Notes: generated by a model from the letters alone, not told the origin. A stretch of DNA of 64,000 bases from Squalus acanthias (GCA_030390025.1 CM059432.1:69256001-69320000); one strand, 5' to 3'. Positions 10,891 to 22,686 are shown, numbered from the stretch's first letter. Made by a program: numbers and translations.

Positions 10891-12801
10891 CTAACAGTAC
10901 CATGGAATTTGTCCCACCTTGTATGGAGGAAAAGTACACGTTTGTTCTCTGGGAAGGCAGACCAGGGACACTGCTATCATTTACTCAGTGAGGTTCTTAT
11001 TGTCTTTGTGTTGTGCACATACCGGATTTCAGCAACTTTGAACTTCCAGCTCTTTGATATCCAGGCCTACAGGTGTAGATAAGGCTTTTCCTTGATTGAT
11101 CAAAATCCACAAATGAGGGAGCAGCCTTTTCAAACCATGCAGCTTGCACTCATGTACTGGAATGTTACAGGTGGATGCCCTTCAGCTCCAAACAAGGCCT
11201 CTCTCCTCTGCTGCACTACCTGCAGCAACACCTCCAAAAAGTCATTACTGAAGGTTGCAGTCTTCAGCAGTGCCCTCACTGCACACAGGTTGACCATAAA
11301 TCTATTCCTCCCTCCAGGAGAAAAGTTGCTGGAGACCCTCCTTTAAAAGTGAAGAACAGCCCTTTATGAGCTGCTGGCTTACTCAACTTTTCGACTTGCA
11401 GCCCACCAGCTTTCCAGGCCTGACTTCCTGCGACAGGAGCACCAGTAAATTGTGCTAATGATTCTGGGATGTCAGGAGCACCAGGGCTACATTGTCAGCA
11501 ACAGCTGGCTGCCCATTATGCATTGGGCAATTTGCTGGCAAAAGGAGGGATGGGAGGCAAAGATCAGGGGCCATGGCAGGGGTGGGGAGGTGAATTGAGA
11601 AAGGAGGCATTGATGCCAGGCATGCTGAGGGTCCAGCGGCCTAAGGGTAGAGGTGCGAGATTTAAATGATTTTCTTGGCAGGCTCCCCTTCAGAACCTGT
11701 TCCAAAAAGGTGCAGTACAGCTGCAGCATTATAAGGTGGGCACCACGTCTAAATAGAACTCAGGGGGCTAATGGGCACAGCATCCAACTTGTGCAATGAC
11801 ACCAAGCCCATTTTGCGCTCGCCGCCTTCATCTGGGCATGCTGTAAGTCTCAGGGGAGCAGTTGCCCAAGCAACCACTATCATATTATTGACCTGCTAAA
11901 GTCATTCAAGTTTAGATTCACTGTCAAATGTGATTGACAACAATGCACTTTTGACACTCAGCCAATCATATTTGACGGATAAGTTTGGGTGAAAGGAGCT
12001 AAGTTTTTTCTTGTCTTCGATCTTGGTGAGTGTGAAAAGCTGAATATCTATTCCATTTCTCAGCACACAAATCATAATCGAGAATGGGCATGTTGTTGCT
12101 GCTTCTTTGAACTAATTTCATTATTCATCAAATCTGAACCTGACATGATCAGTTTTCCTGCCCCGACTCCTCTACTAGTCAGGTTGAAACTTGCAGATGT
12201 TCCACTTCACTGTGGTAGACGGTGATTCAGCTCTTATTAAATGATAAATCATTTATCAATTATATCATAAAATAAATAAAGTAATGCATCACAGAAAAAT
12301 TCTCCCATACAACCATCTGCAGCAATCCTTTGAGAAACTTTCTGAAACACTGACGGTGGAGAATAATTGCCTCAATAGCCAACAGAATTAAACAAAACAA
12401 ATAGGAACTTGTAGAGTAAAACTGGAAAATTAAAGAGGTAATACTACTCTCATTAAAAACAACATTGCAATAGTTTACTCACAAACAGAATGCTCTGCCA
12501 ATTATGGGCAATCAAGTGCTGCTGTGTTCAGTAATGGTGAATTTATAGTTTTCCATTTGGGGGACATTAATCCAGGACAAAATTAATTGGCACTTGGAAA
12601 AATATGGTTTAATAAATGAAAGCCAGCATGGATTTGTTAAAAACAAATCGTGTTTGACTAATTTGATTGAGTTCTTTGATGAAGTAACAGAGAGGGTGGA
12701 TGAGGGTAGTACATGATGTGGAGATGCTGGTGTTGGACTGGGGTGGACAAATGTGAGAAGTCGCACAACACCAGGTTATAGTCCAACAGCTTTATTTGAA
12801 A

Positions 12802-12838
12802 TCACAAGCTTTCGGAGCGCTGCTCCTTCGTCAGGTGA
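12802..12838 (-). ncRNA. Minimal hammerhead motif (Penelope family 2), inverted pLTR copy
   Basis: Exact reverse complement of the motif at 14600-14636. Confidence 0.72.
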
Positions 12839-13008
12839 AGTGAAGAGATGCATATAGGCACAGCATATATAGTCAGAGAATGCTGCCAGATGATTACAGT
12901 TCATCTTTCTAACTGCCCTTTATCACACCTCGGCAGAGAGATAATCACGGCAATCAAAGGTGTGGATGGTGTCCTAACAGGTCAGTCAGGAAAACATTAC
13001 ATCAAAGC

Positions 13009-14292
13009 CAATCTCCAGACGCCATCCTACAACTCATCCGCTTCATCCTTGACCACAATGTCTTCACCTTCGACAACCAGTTTTTTACCCAAACACACGG
13101 AACAGCCATGGGGACCAAATTCGCACCCCAATACACCAACATCTTCATGCACAAGTTCGAGCAAGACTTCTTCGCTGCACAGGACCTCCAACCAACGCTA
13201 TACACCAGATACATCAACGACATTTTCTTCCTATGGACCCACGGTGAAGAATCACTGAAGAGACTACACGATAACATCAACAAGTTCCATCCCACTATCA
13301 AACTCACCATGGACTACTCTTCAGAATCGGTTTCATTCTTGGACACACGAATCTCCATCAAAGACGGACACCTCAGCGCTTCACTCTACCGCAAGCCCAC
13401 GGACAACCTCATGATGCTCCACTTCTCCAGCTTCCAGCCTAACCACGTTAAAGAAGCCATCCCCTATGGACAAGCCCTGCGAATACACAGGATCTGCTCA
13501 GATGAGGAGGAACGCGATGGACACCTACAGACGCTGAAAGACGCCCTCGTAAGAACGGGATATGATGCTCGACTCGTCGATCGACAGTTCCAACAGGCCA
13601 CAGCGAAAAATCACATAGACCTCCTCAGAAGACAAACACGGGACACAACCAACAGGGTAACCTACGTCGTCCGGTACTTCCCTGGAGCGGAGAAACTACG
13701 CCATGTACTTCGCAGCCTTCAACATGTCATCGATGACGACGAACACCTTGCTAAGGCCATTCCCATGCCTCCACTACTCGCCTTCAAACAGCTGCCTAAC
13801 CTCAAACAGACCATCGTTCGCAGCAAATTACCCAGATTTCAGGAGAACAGCGACCACGACACCACACAACCCTGCCACGGCAAACTCTGCAAGACATGCC
13901 AGATCATCAACACAGATACCATCATCACATGTGAGGACACCACCCACCAGGTACATGGTACATACTCATGTGACTCGGCCAACGTTGTCTACCTCATACG
14001 TTGCAGGAAAGGATGCCCCGGAGCATGGTACATCGGCGAGACCATGCAGACACTGCGACAACGTATGAACGGGCACTGCGCAACAATCGCCAGGCAGGAG
14101 TGTTCCCTCCCAATCGGGGAACACTTCAGCAGTCAAGGACATTCAGCCTCCGATCTTTGGGTAAGCGTTCTCCAAGGCGGCCTTCGAGACACACGACAAC
14201 GCAAAATCATCGAGCAGAAACTGATAGCCAAGTTCCGCACCCATGAGGACGGCCTCAACTGGGATCTTGGGTTCATGTCACGCTACATGTAA
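13009..14292 (+). CDS. Penelope RT (C-terminal part) + GIY-YIG endonuclease, 5'-truncated but uninterrupted frame
   Basis: Motifs GTAMGTKFAP, RYINDIF (YxDD with D->N), FLDT, LYRKPTD, VVYLIRC..C...YIGET and EQKLI. The frame is open from the inversion junction to TAA. Confidence 0.85.
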   Translation, partial: QSPDAILQLIRFILDHNVFTFDNQFFTQTHGTAMGTKFAPQYTNIFMHKFEQDFFAAQDLQPTLYTRYINDIFFLWTHGEESLKRLHDNINKFHPTIKLTMDYSSESVSFLDTRISIKDGHLSASLYRKPTDNLMMLHFSSFQPNHVKEAIPYGQALRIHRICSDEEERDGHLQTLKDALVRTGYDARLVDRQFQQATAKNHIDLLRRQTRDTTNRVTYVVRYFPGAEKLRHVLRSLQHVIDDDEHLAKAIPMPPLLAFKQLPNLKQTIVRSKLPRFQENSDHDTTQPCHGKLCKTCQIINTDTIITCEDTTHQVHGTYSCDSANVVYLIRCRKGCPGAWYIGETMQTLRQRMNGHCATIARQECSLPIGEHFSSQGHSASDLWVSVLQGGLRDTRQRKIIEQKLIAKFRTHEDGLNWDLGFMSRYM

Positions 14293-14599
14293 CCCCACCT
14301 GACGTAGAGTCATCCAGACTTGAGTCGTCGTTGGCTTGTTCTCTCTACACAGATGCGGCCGGACCTGCTGTGATTTCCAGCAAAAAAAGTTTTTTGTTTT
14401 CCATACAGACCCCAGCATCTGCCACATTGTCTTTGATGTAATGTTTTCCTGACTGACCTGTTTGGACACCATCCACACCTTTGATTGCCATAATTATCTC
14501 TCTGCCGAGGTGTGATAAAGGGCAGTTAGAAAGATTAACTGTAATCATCTGGCAGTGTTCTCTGACTATATATGCTGTGCCTATATGCATCTCTTCACT

Positions 14600-14636
14600 T
14601 CACCTGACGAAGGAGCAGCGCTCCGAAAGCTTGTGA
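14600..14636 (+). ncRNA. Minimal hammerhead motif (Penelope family 2)
   Basis: UCAC-CUGACGA-A-GGAGC(AGC)GCUCC-GAAA-GC-UU-GUGA: stem I UCAC/GUGA and a palindromic AGCU stem III. Confidence 0.75.
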
Positions 14637-14753
14637 TTTCAAATAAAGCTGTTGGACTATAACCTGGTGTTGTGCGACTTCTCACATGAGGGTAGTACAG
14701 TTAATGTTGTGAATATGGACTTTCAAAAGGCGTTTGATAAAGTGTAACATATT

Positions 14754-15496
14754 GGGCCGAAAATTGATCCCGGGACGCGAGAGTACGCACTGCGTACTCT
14801 CGCGTATTCCCACTCCAATTGCCGGTTTTCTGCATGCCCTGCGCATGCGCTGAAAACCGGCAATTGCTCTTCTGAAAAGGGGGCGGGGCCTGGGTGCATC
14901 GCGTGCGCGCTACAGGCTGCGCGCACGCTGTGCACTTCATGCTTTGGACGCGCAGGTAAGTAGGGAAGATTTTGGAAATGTAAAAAGGAGGAGTAAGACC
15001 CGCTTTTAAGAAGGTAAGTAGTGAATTAAGTATTTTTTTGAATTTTTTTTACAGGTATATCTTTTTTATAGACTTTAAAGACAGGTAAGTTTATTTTTAT
15101 AACTTTTTAAAAGATTTTAAATTTTTTCAAAAATTTAATTTTTTATTTAAAATGGTTAATTTAATTAACTATACTTATTTTATTAATGTGATGGTTTTTT
15201 TTAAAAATTTAATTGAGGTTTAGCTGTTATTTTGGGGGGGTGTAAGATTCATAAGTCTCACAGCCATGCTGTGAGACTTATGAATGGAAGATGGTGTGCT
15301 GCCATTGGCTCTAACTGAGTCACGTGATCCCACAGCTCGCACGAATTCACTACGCCGCTGGGATACGCAAGCCCAGCACAGCTGATGTCTGGAACATCAA
15401 GTTCGTGCGAGCTGGATCAGAAAAAGCATAAGCGAGGTGAGACATCGCGGGGAAGGCTTACCCCCGCGGGAACAGAGCGAGATCAATTTCTGGGCC
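14754..15496 (+). mobile_element. Young 743-bp non-autonomous Harbinger-type MITE, copy 1
   Basis: Imperfect 16-bp TIRs GGGCCGAAAATTGATC / GATCAATTTCTGGGCC with flanks ATT/AAT. Near-identical reverse complement of 23594-24337. Confidence 0.9.
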
Positions 15497-15568
15497 AATA
15501 GACTTGTTAGCAAACTTGAAGCCCATGGGATGAAAAGGGCAGTGGCTGTGTGAATACCAAATCGGCTA

Positions 15569-16036
15569 AGAAAGAAAGACTTACATTTATATAGTGCCTT
15601 TCACGACCACCGGACGTCTCAAAGTGCTTTATGGCCAATGAAGTACTTTTGGAGTGTAGTCACTGTTGTAATGTGCGAAACACGACAGCCAATTTGCACA
15701 CAGCAAGCTCCCACAAACAGCAATGTGATAATGACCAGATAAACTGTTTTTTGTTATGTTGATTGAGGGATAAATATTGGCCGGGACACCAGAGATAACT
15801 CCCCTACTCTTCTTCGAAATAGTGCCATAGGATCTTTTACGTCCACCTGAGAGAGCTGACGGGACCTCAGTTTAACTTCTCATCCGAAAGACGGCACCTC
15901 CAACAGTGCAGCACTCCCTCAGCACTGCACTGGAGTGTCAGCCTAGATTTATGTGCTCAAGTCCCTGGAGTGAGACTTGAACCCACAACCTCCTGACTCA
16001 GAGGCAAGTGTGCTACCCACTGAGCGACAGCTGACA
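15569..16036 (-). mobile_element. Full-length tRNA-head Deu-domain SINE with L2-like tail (SacSINE1-like)
   Basis: A box GCTCAGTGGGTAG and B box GGGTTCAAGTCTC, a central Deu domain, and a tail ending CTATATAAATGTAAGTCTTTCTTT. Confidence 0.88.
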
Positions 16037-17312
16037 CAAAAAGCAGAGCGTAGTGGCGAACAGTTGTTTGTCAGACTGGAGGGAAGTATACAGTGGTGTC
16101 CCCCAGGGGTCTGTATTGGGACCACTTTTCTTTTTGATATATATTATTGACCTGGACTTGGGTATACAGGGCTTAATTTCGAAGTTTTCAGATGACACGA
16201 AACTCAAACTTTAGGAGGACATCGACAGACTGGTGAAATGGGCAGACACTTGGCAGATGAAATTTAACGCAGAGAAGTGTGAAGTGATTCATTTCGGTAG
16301 GAAGAATGAGAAGTGGCGATATAAACTAAGTGATACAATTTTAAAGGGGGTGCAGGAACAGAGAGACCTGGGGGTCTATGCACACAAGTCTTTGAAGGTG
16401 GAAGGAGAAGTTGAGAAAGCTGTTAAAAAGGCATACGGGATCCTTGGCTTTATAAATAGAGGCATAGAGTACAAAATCAAGGAAGTTATGCTAAACATTT
16501 ATAAAACATTGCTTAAGCCTCAGCTGGAGTATTGTGGCCAATTCTGACACCACACTTTAGAGAGGGTGCAGAGGAATGGTATCAGGGATGAAAGTCGTCA
16601 GTTACGTGGAGAGAAACTGGGGGTTTTCTTCTTAGAGCAGAGAACATTAAGGGACGATTTTATACAGGTGTTCAAATTCAAGAAAGGGTTTGATAAAGTA
16701 AATAAGGAGACTCAAGGTGGCATCAGGGAAAAATAGAATTAAGTCAAAGCTAAAGGCATTATATCTGAATGCATGAAGCTTTTGCAACAAAATAGATGAA
16801 TTAATAGCACAGATAGAAATTAGTAGGTTTTATCTAATAGCCATTATGGAGATGTGGTTGTAATGTGGCCAAGGTTGGGAACTAAATATTCCAATATGCT
16901 TAACCTTTAGAAGAGAGAGGCAAAATGGAAAAGGAGAGGGGTAGCCCTGATAATAAAGGATTGGATAAAGACAGTAGAGAGAAAGGATCTGAACTCCGAA
17001 AATCAAGAAGTAGAATCAGTTTGGGTGGAGCTAAGAAACAGCAAGGGGCAGAAAACATTGGTGGGAATTGTTAATAGGCCCTCAAACATTAGTTGTAATG
17101 TAGGGCAGAGTATAAATCGGGATTTTTTTTTTTTATTCGTTCATGGGATCTGGGCGTTGCTGGCAAGGCCAGCATTTATTGCCCATCTTTAATTGCCCTT
17201 GAGAACATGGTGGTGAGCCGCCTTCTTGAACCGCTGCAGTTCGTGTGGTGAAGGTACTCCCACAGTGCTGCTAGGGAGGGAGTTCCAGGATTTTGACTCA
17301 GCGACGATGAGG

Positions 17313-17430
17313 AAAGAAAGAAAGAAAGACTTGCATTTATATAGCGCCTTTCATGACCACCGGACGTCTCAAAGCGCTTTACAGCCAATGAAGTACTTTT
17401 TTGAAGTGTAGTCACTGTTGTAATGTTGTA
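17313..17430 (-). mobile_element. 5'-truncated SINE (L2-like tail only) inside LINE copy A
   Basis: (AAAG)n followed by ACTTGCATTTATATAGCGCCTTTCATGACC, matching the SINE tail at 15569. Confidence 0.85.
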
Positions 17431-20316
17431 ATGTTGGAACGGCGATATACTTCCAAGTCAGGATGGTGTGTGACTTGGCGGGGAACTTGGAGGTGGTGGT
17501 GTTCCCATGCGCCTGCTGCCCTTGTCCTTCTAGGTGGAAGAGGTCGTGGGTTTGGGAGGTGCTGCCGAAGGAGCCTTGGCGAATTGCTGCAGTGTATCTT
17601 GTAGATGGTACACACTGCAGCCACGGTACGCCATTGCTGGAGGGAGTGAATGTTTAAGGTGGTGGATGGGGTGCCAATCAAGCGGGCTGCTTTGTCCTGG
17701 ATGGTGTTGAGCTTCTTGAATGTTGTTGGAGCTACACTTATCCAGGCAAGTGGAGAGTATTCCATCACACTCCTGACTTGTGCCTTGTAGATGGTGGAAA
17801 GGCTGATTTGTCCTGGATGGTGTCAAGCTTCTTGAGTGTCCAGTTAAGTTTCTGGTCAATGGTGACCCCCCAGGATGTTGATGGTGGGGGATTCGGTGAT
17901 GGTAATTCTGTTGAATGTCAAGGGGCGGTGGTTAGACTCTCGCTTGTTGGAGATAGTCATTGCCTGGCACTTGTGTGGCACAAATGTTACCTGCCACTTA
18001 TCAGCCCAAGCCTGAATGTCGTCCAGGTCTTGTTGCATGCGGGCATGGACTGTTTCATAATCTGAGGAGTTGCGAATGGCACTGAACACTGTGCAGTCAT
18101 CAGCGAACATCCGCATTTTTGACCTTATGATGGAGGGAAGGTCATTGATGAAGCAGCTGAAGATGTTTGGGTCTAGGATACTGCCCTGAGGAACTACTGC
18201 AGCGATGTCCTGGGGCTGTGGTGATTGACCACCAACCACCTTCCTTTGTGCTAGGTATGACTCCAGCCAGTGGAGAGTTTTCCCCCTGATTCCCATTGAC
18301 TTCAGTTTTACTAGGGCTCCTTGATGCCACACTTGGTCAAATGCCACCTTGGTGTCAAGGGCAGTCACTCTCACCTCAAATCTGGAATTCAGCTCCTTTG
18401 TCCACGTTTGGACCAAGGCTGTAATGAGGTCTGGAGCCGAGTGGTCCTGGCGGAACCCAAACTGGACATCAGTGAGCAGGTTCTTGATAGCACTGTCGAC
18501 GACGCCTTCCATCACTTTGCTGATGATTGAGAGTAGACTGATGGGGCAGTAATTGGCCGGTTGGATTTGTCCTGCTATTTGTGGACAGGACGTAACTGGG
18601 CAGTTTTTCACATTGTCTGATAGATGCCAGTGTTGTAGCTGTACTGGAACAGCTTGGCTAGAGGCGCGGCTAGTTCTGCAGCATGATAGCCGGGATGTTG
18701 TCGGGGCCCATAGCTTTTGCTCTATCCAGTGCACTCAGCCGTTTCTTGATATCATTTGGAGTGAATTGAATTGGCTGAAGACTGGCTTCTGTGATGGTGG
18801 GGACCTCAGGAGGAGGCCGATATGGATCATCCACTCAGCACTTCTGGCTGAAGATGGTTGCAAACGCTTCAGCCTTGTCTTTTGCACTCACGTGCTGGGC
18901 TCCACCATCATTGAGGATGGGGATATTCATGGAGCCTCCTCCTCCCGTTAGTTGTTTAACCACCATTCACGACTGGATGTGGCAGGACCGCAGAGCTTTG
19001 ATCTGATCTGTTGATTGTGGGATCGCTTAGCCCTGTCTATAGCATGCTGCTTCCGCTTTTTAGCATGCATGTAGTCCTGTGTTGCAGCTTCCCCAGGTTG
19101 GCACCTCATTTTTAGGTATGCCTGGTGTTGCTCCTGGCATGCTCTTCTACACTCCTTATTGAACCAGGGTAGGTCGCCTGGCCTGATGGTAATGGTAGAG
19201 TGAGGGATATGCCGGGCCATGAGGTTACAGATTGTGGTGGAATACAATTCTGCTGCTGCTGATGGCCCACAGCGCCTCATGAATGCCCAGTTTTGAGTTG
19301 CTAGATCTGTTCTGAATCTATCCCATTTAGCACGGTGGTAGTGCCACACAACACGATGCAGGGTGTCCTCAGTGTGAAGACGGGACTTCGTCTCCACAAA
19401 GACTGTGCGGTGGTCACTGCTACCAATGCTGTCACAGACAGATGCATCTGCGACAGGTAGATTGGTGAGGATGAGGTCAAGTATGTTTTCCCCTCATGTT
19501 GGTTCTCTCACCACCTGTCGCAGGCCCAGACTGGCAGTTATGTCCTTCAGGACTCGGCCAGCTCAGTCAGTAGTGGTGCTACCGAGCTACTCTTGGTGAT
19601 GGACATTGAAGTCCCCCACCCAGAGTACATTCTGTGCCCTTGCTACTCTCAGTGTTTCTTCCAAGTGGTGTTCAACATGGAGGAGTACTGATTCATCAGC
19701 TGAGGGAGGGCAGTAGGTTGTAATCAGCAGGAGTTTTCCTTGCTTGACCTGAAGCCATGAGACTTCATGGGGTCCGGAGTCAATGTTGAGGACTCCCAAG
19801 GTCACCCCTGGTGGATCTATCCTGCTGGTGGGACATACCCAGGAATGGAGGAGTTTGGGACATTGGCTGAAAGGTATCATTCTGTGAGTATGACTACGTC
19901 AGGCTGTTGCTTGTCTAGTCTGTGGGACAGCTCTTTCAATTTTGGCACAAGTCCCCAGATGTTGATGAGGAGGAGTTTGCAGGGTCGACTGGGCTGGGAG
20001 TGCCATTGTCGTGTCCGTAGCCAGTGCCAAGGTCAATGCCGGGTGGTCCATCCAGTTTTATTCTTATTATTGTGTTTCATAATGGTTTGCTACAACTGAG
20101 TGGCTTGCTCGGCCATTTCAGAGGGCAGTTAAGAGTCAACCACATTGCTGTGGGTCTGGAGTCACATAGAGGCCAGACCAGGTAAGGACGGCAGATTTCC
20201 TTCCCTAAAGAACATTAGTGAACCAGATGGGTTTTTACGACAATCTGATAGTTTCATGGTTAGCATTACTGATACTAGCTTTTTATTCCAGATTTATTAA
20301 TTAACTGGATTTGTTA

Positions 20317-20396
20317 GCTGCGGTGGGATTTGAACTCACGTCTCTGGATCATTAGTCCATGATTACTGGTCCAGTAATATTACCACTATGCCACCC
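20317..20396 (-). promoter_or_regulatory. tRNA-derived Pol III type 2 promoter-like head of LINE copy A
   Basis: A box and B box followed by the CCCACC acceptor-like end. Homologous to 29975-30060. Confidence 0.7.
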
Positions 20397-21035
20397 ATGA
20401 GGTGCATGTAACAAGCGTAATACAGTAAACATGGGGGACTTTATTCTACATATAGACTGGGCAAACCAAATTTGCAGTAATAGTGTGTAGAATTTTATAT
20501 TGAGTTTGAAAGTGATTTAGTTAAATCCGAAACTAAGGTCTTAAATCTAAACAAAGCAAACTACGTATGTATGAGGGGCGAGTTGGCTAAGGTAGATTGG
20601 GAAACTACATCGAAAGGTATGACGGTAGAGAAGCAATGGCTAGCATTTAAAGAATTAATACATAATTTACAGCAAATATACATTCCTTTAAGGCACAAAA
20701 ACCTCACAGGGAAAGTGGTCCAAGCATAGCTAGCAAGAGAAGTTAAAGATAGTATTAGATCAAAGGAAGAGGCTTGTAATGTTGCCAAAAAGAATAGTAA
20801 GCCTGAGGATTGGGAGGATTTTAGAATTCAGCAAAAGAGGATCAAGAAATTGATAAAGAAACAGAAAATAGAATATGAGAGTAAACCAGCTAGAGACATA
20901 AAAACAGACTATAAAAGCTTTTATAGGTATGTAAAAAGGAAAAGATTAGCGAAAGTAAATGTGGGTCCCTTACAGGCTGAGACAGAAGAAATTATAATGG
21001 GGAATAAGATAATGGCAGAGAAATTAAACAAATAC

Positions 21036-22686
21036 AAGTGGCGGGGGAGCCAATTTAGATCATTATGTGGCTTGTGAACAGCCAATCTAATGCTATTTTG
21101 AGCCTACCTTGTAATTTTATGTGCTCCCCCACGGGTTACCCGCTGCTCGGGGAACACGCCAGCTCACCCTGGCGTGAGTTGAGTCTGCTTTGATTTATCT
21201 GATATCCTGACAGCTGAAGAAGTGGTATAAAGGACACCATGTTGCAGCTGTTCAGTTTCAGAGCTCAGAAACTGTTGGTTACTGCATTTGTAAGACATAT
21301 AGTGATTTTTTTAGCTTGCAAGTGTTTAGAGCCAACTGCATATCCAGTGGCACCTCATTGGAACAACCTCTCTCACCATTGACAGATCGTTTCTGTCATC
21401 TCAACTGCAGCTGCCATCTATTCCAGCATCATCGGTACCCTTGACAAAATCACACCTTGGTCCTCTGAATCCTTCCACAATCAGCCCCAACACCAACATC
21501 ACCAGGCACACCAAATCACCAACAATAATAACAACCGTCTCTGCCATCACCTGATGCTGCACAGGACACAGCGCATCAGCACCTGACAACATTGCTGCCC
21601 AGGAGGCCAGCGGTGGCATCACCATGGCCAGATTTACTTCACTTGGCGCTGTACACCTTGGCTATTACATGATGCACCAGGTTGACACCATCCCACACCA
21701 GCACCATAAAGCACCCTACAATGTCCAAGCCATTCTTTTAACACTCATCACAATACCTTGGGGGGGTGGGGGGGGGGGGGTGGGGAGGCGGGGGGGTTAC
21801 GTCTCAACATTCACTGGAACTCAATAAGACACTTCTCAAGGTTAGCACATATCTGTCCAATAAGGTGAAGTGTTGAAAATATAGATTTCAATGTATGACA
21901 ACACATTAACAGAAACTTCACATGAACATTGGCTAAACCTCTCAAGTGCCTACCCTTGTGTGTTGTTAATTGGTATGCTTGCAGTAGGATGAGGGTGAGT
22001 GTGAGGGGTGGCTAGTGAGATGGGGAAGTGATAATGTAGATAGAGAGAGATGGGTGGAGTTGCAAGGTAAGTTGGTGTGAGTAAGGATGTGCAGGAGTAG
22101 GGTATGGAAGGCAGAGTGATGGGGATGTGATGAGTGGCACAGCAGGGTGAGTTTTGAGTGTGGTTTTGCAGTAACATTTCATGATCTACTGAGTTCATTG
22201 AAAGGTTGGTGCCACTGCAGCCAGGGACTCCTGACGACATCCCTGCTTGTGTCCTCCTGAAACAGACTGTGTTGATCTCCTAGGGAAGTCTCTTCCGCCC
22301 ATGGGAAGGGAAGAGAATCTCCCTGCGTGCTGTGACTCCCTCCATAAGCATATGGAGGGAGTCATGCATGAGCCTGGGTGCAGACGTGCACCTTTGTGCA
22401 GTGCTTGTCAATGTCTGCAGCACCTCAATGCTGCAGAACACTGACAGCACAACTGTCAAAATCAATGTGGCCGTGGTCACTTTAAGGAAACCGGCTGATG
22501 ACGCATCATCAAATGACATCATCAGACCCGCTTCCTGTTAATTGGCCAGGAACTCCGCAGGGCGGGCTTAACAAGGCCAATCTACGGAAAATCTTTTTCA
22601 GAGAGCGGCTGCAGACGGGAGCGGGACCGGAACCCGCCAACCAGCTCTCCTGCCGCCATCCCGCCTCTGCAGGGAAAATCCAGCCC
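21036..22686. mobile_element. Internally deleted Harbinger derivative (second family) in CR1
   Basis: Right terminus AAAATCCAGCCC and a minus-strand Myb-like remnant LMEGVTARREILFPSHGRKR. Shares blocks with 49655-50507. The CR1 frame resumes at 22687. Confidence 0.75.

Larger units (their letters stand above)
12714..14685 (+). mobile_element. Penelope-like retroelement (family 2) with inverted pLTR and 14-bp TSD
   Basis: About 258-bp inverted repeats (12750-13007 vs 14431-14687). ATGAGGGTAGTACA is duplicated at 12700-12713 and 14686-14699. Contains an RT + GIY-YIG ORF. Confidence 0.93.
17122..20396 (-). mobile_element. Full-length Zenon-like APE-RT LINE with tRNA-derived 5' head (copy A)
   Basis: Poly(A) tail at 17123-17134, RT and APE (INIWGLVPK..PDVVILTE, VGDFNVHH) remnants, and a 5' end with A box TGGCATAGTGGTA (20393-20381) and B box GAGTTCAAATCC (20337-20326). 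Confidence 0.9.

Noticed and set aside
10900..11830. Possible decayed DNA-transposon remnant
   Set aside because: Could not define termini or protein motifs.
14701..14940. Identical 79-aa/67-aa ORFs here and at 24151 as a duplicated gene
   Set aside because: Both are translations of the same non-coding MITE.
15960..16036. Functional tRNA genes at A/B-box hits (also 20317, 29975, 31056, 53368)
   Set aside because: No complete cloverleaf or terminator; each continues into a SINE or LINE body.
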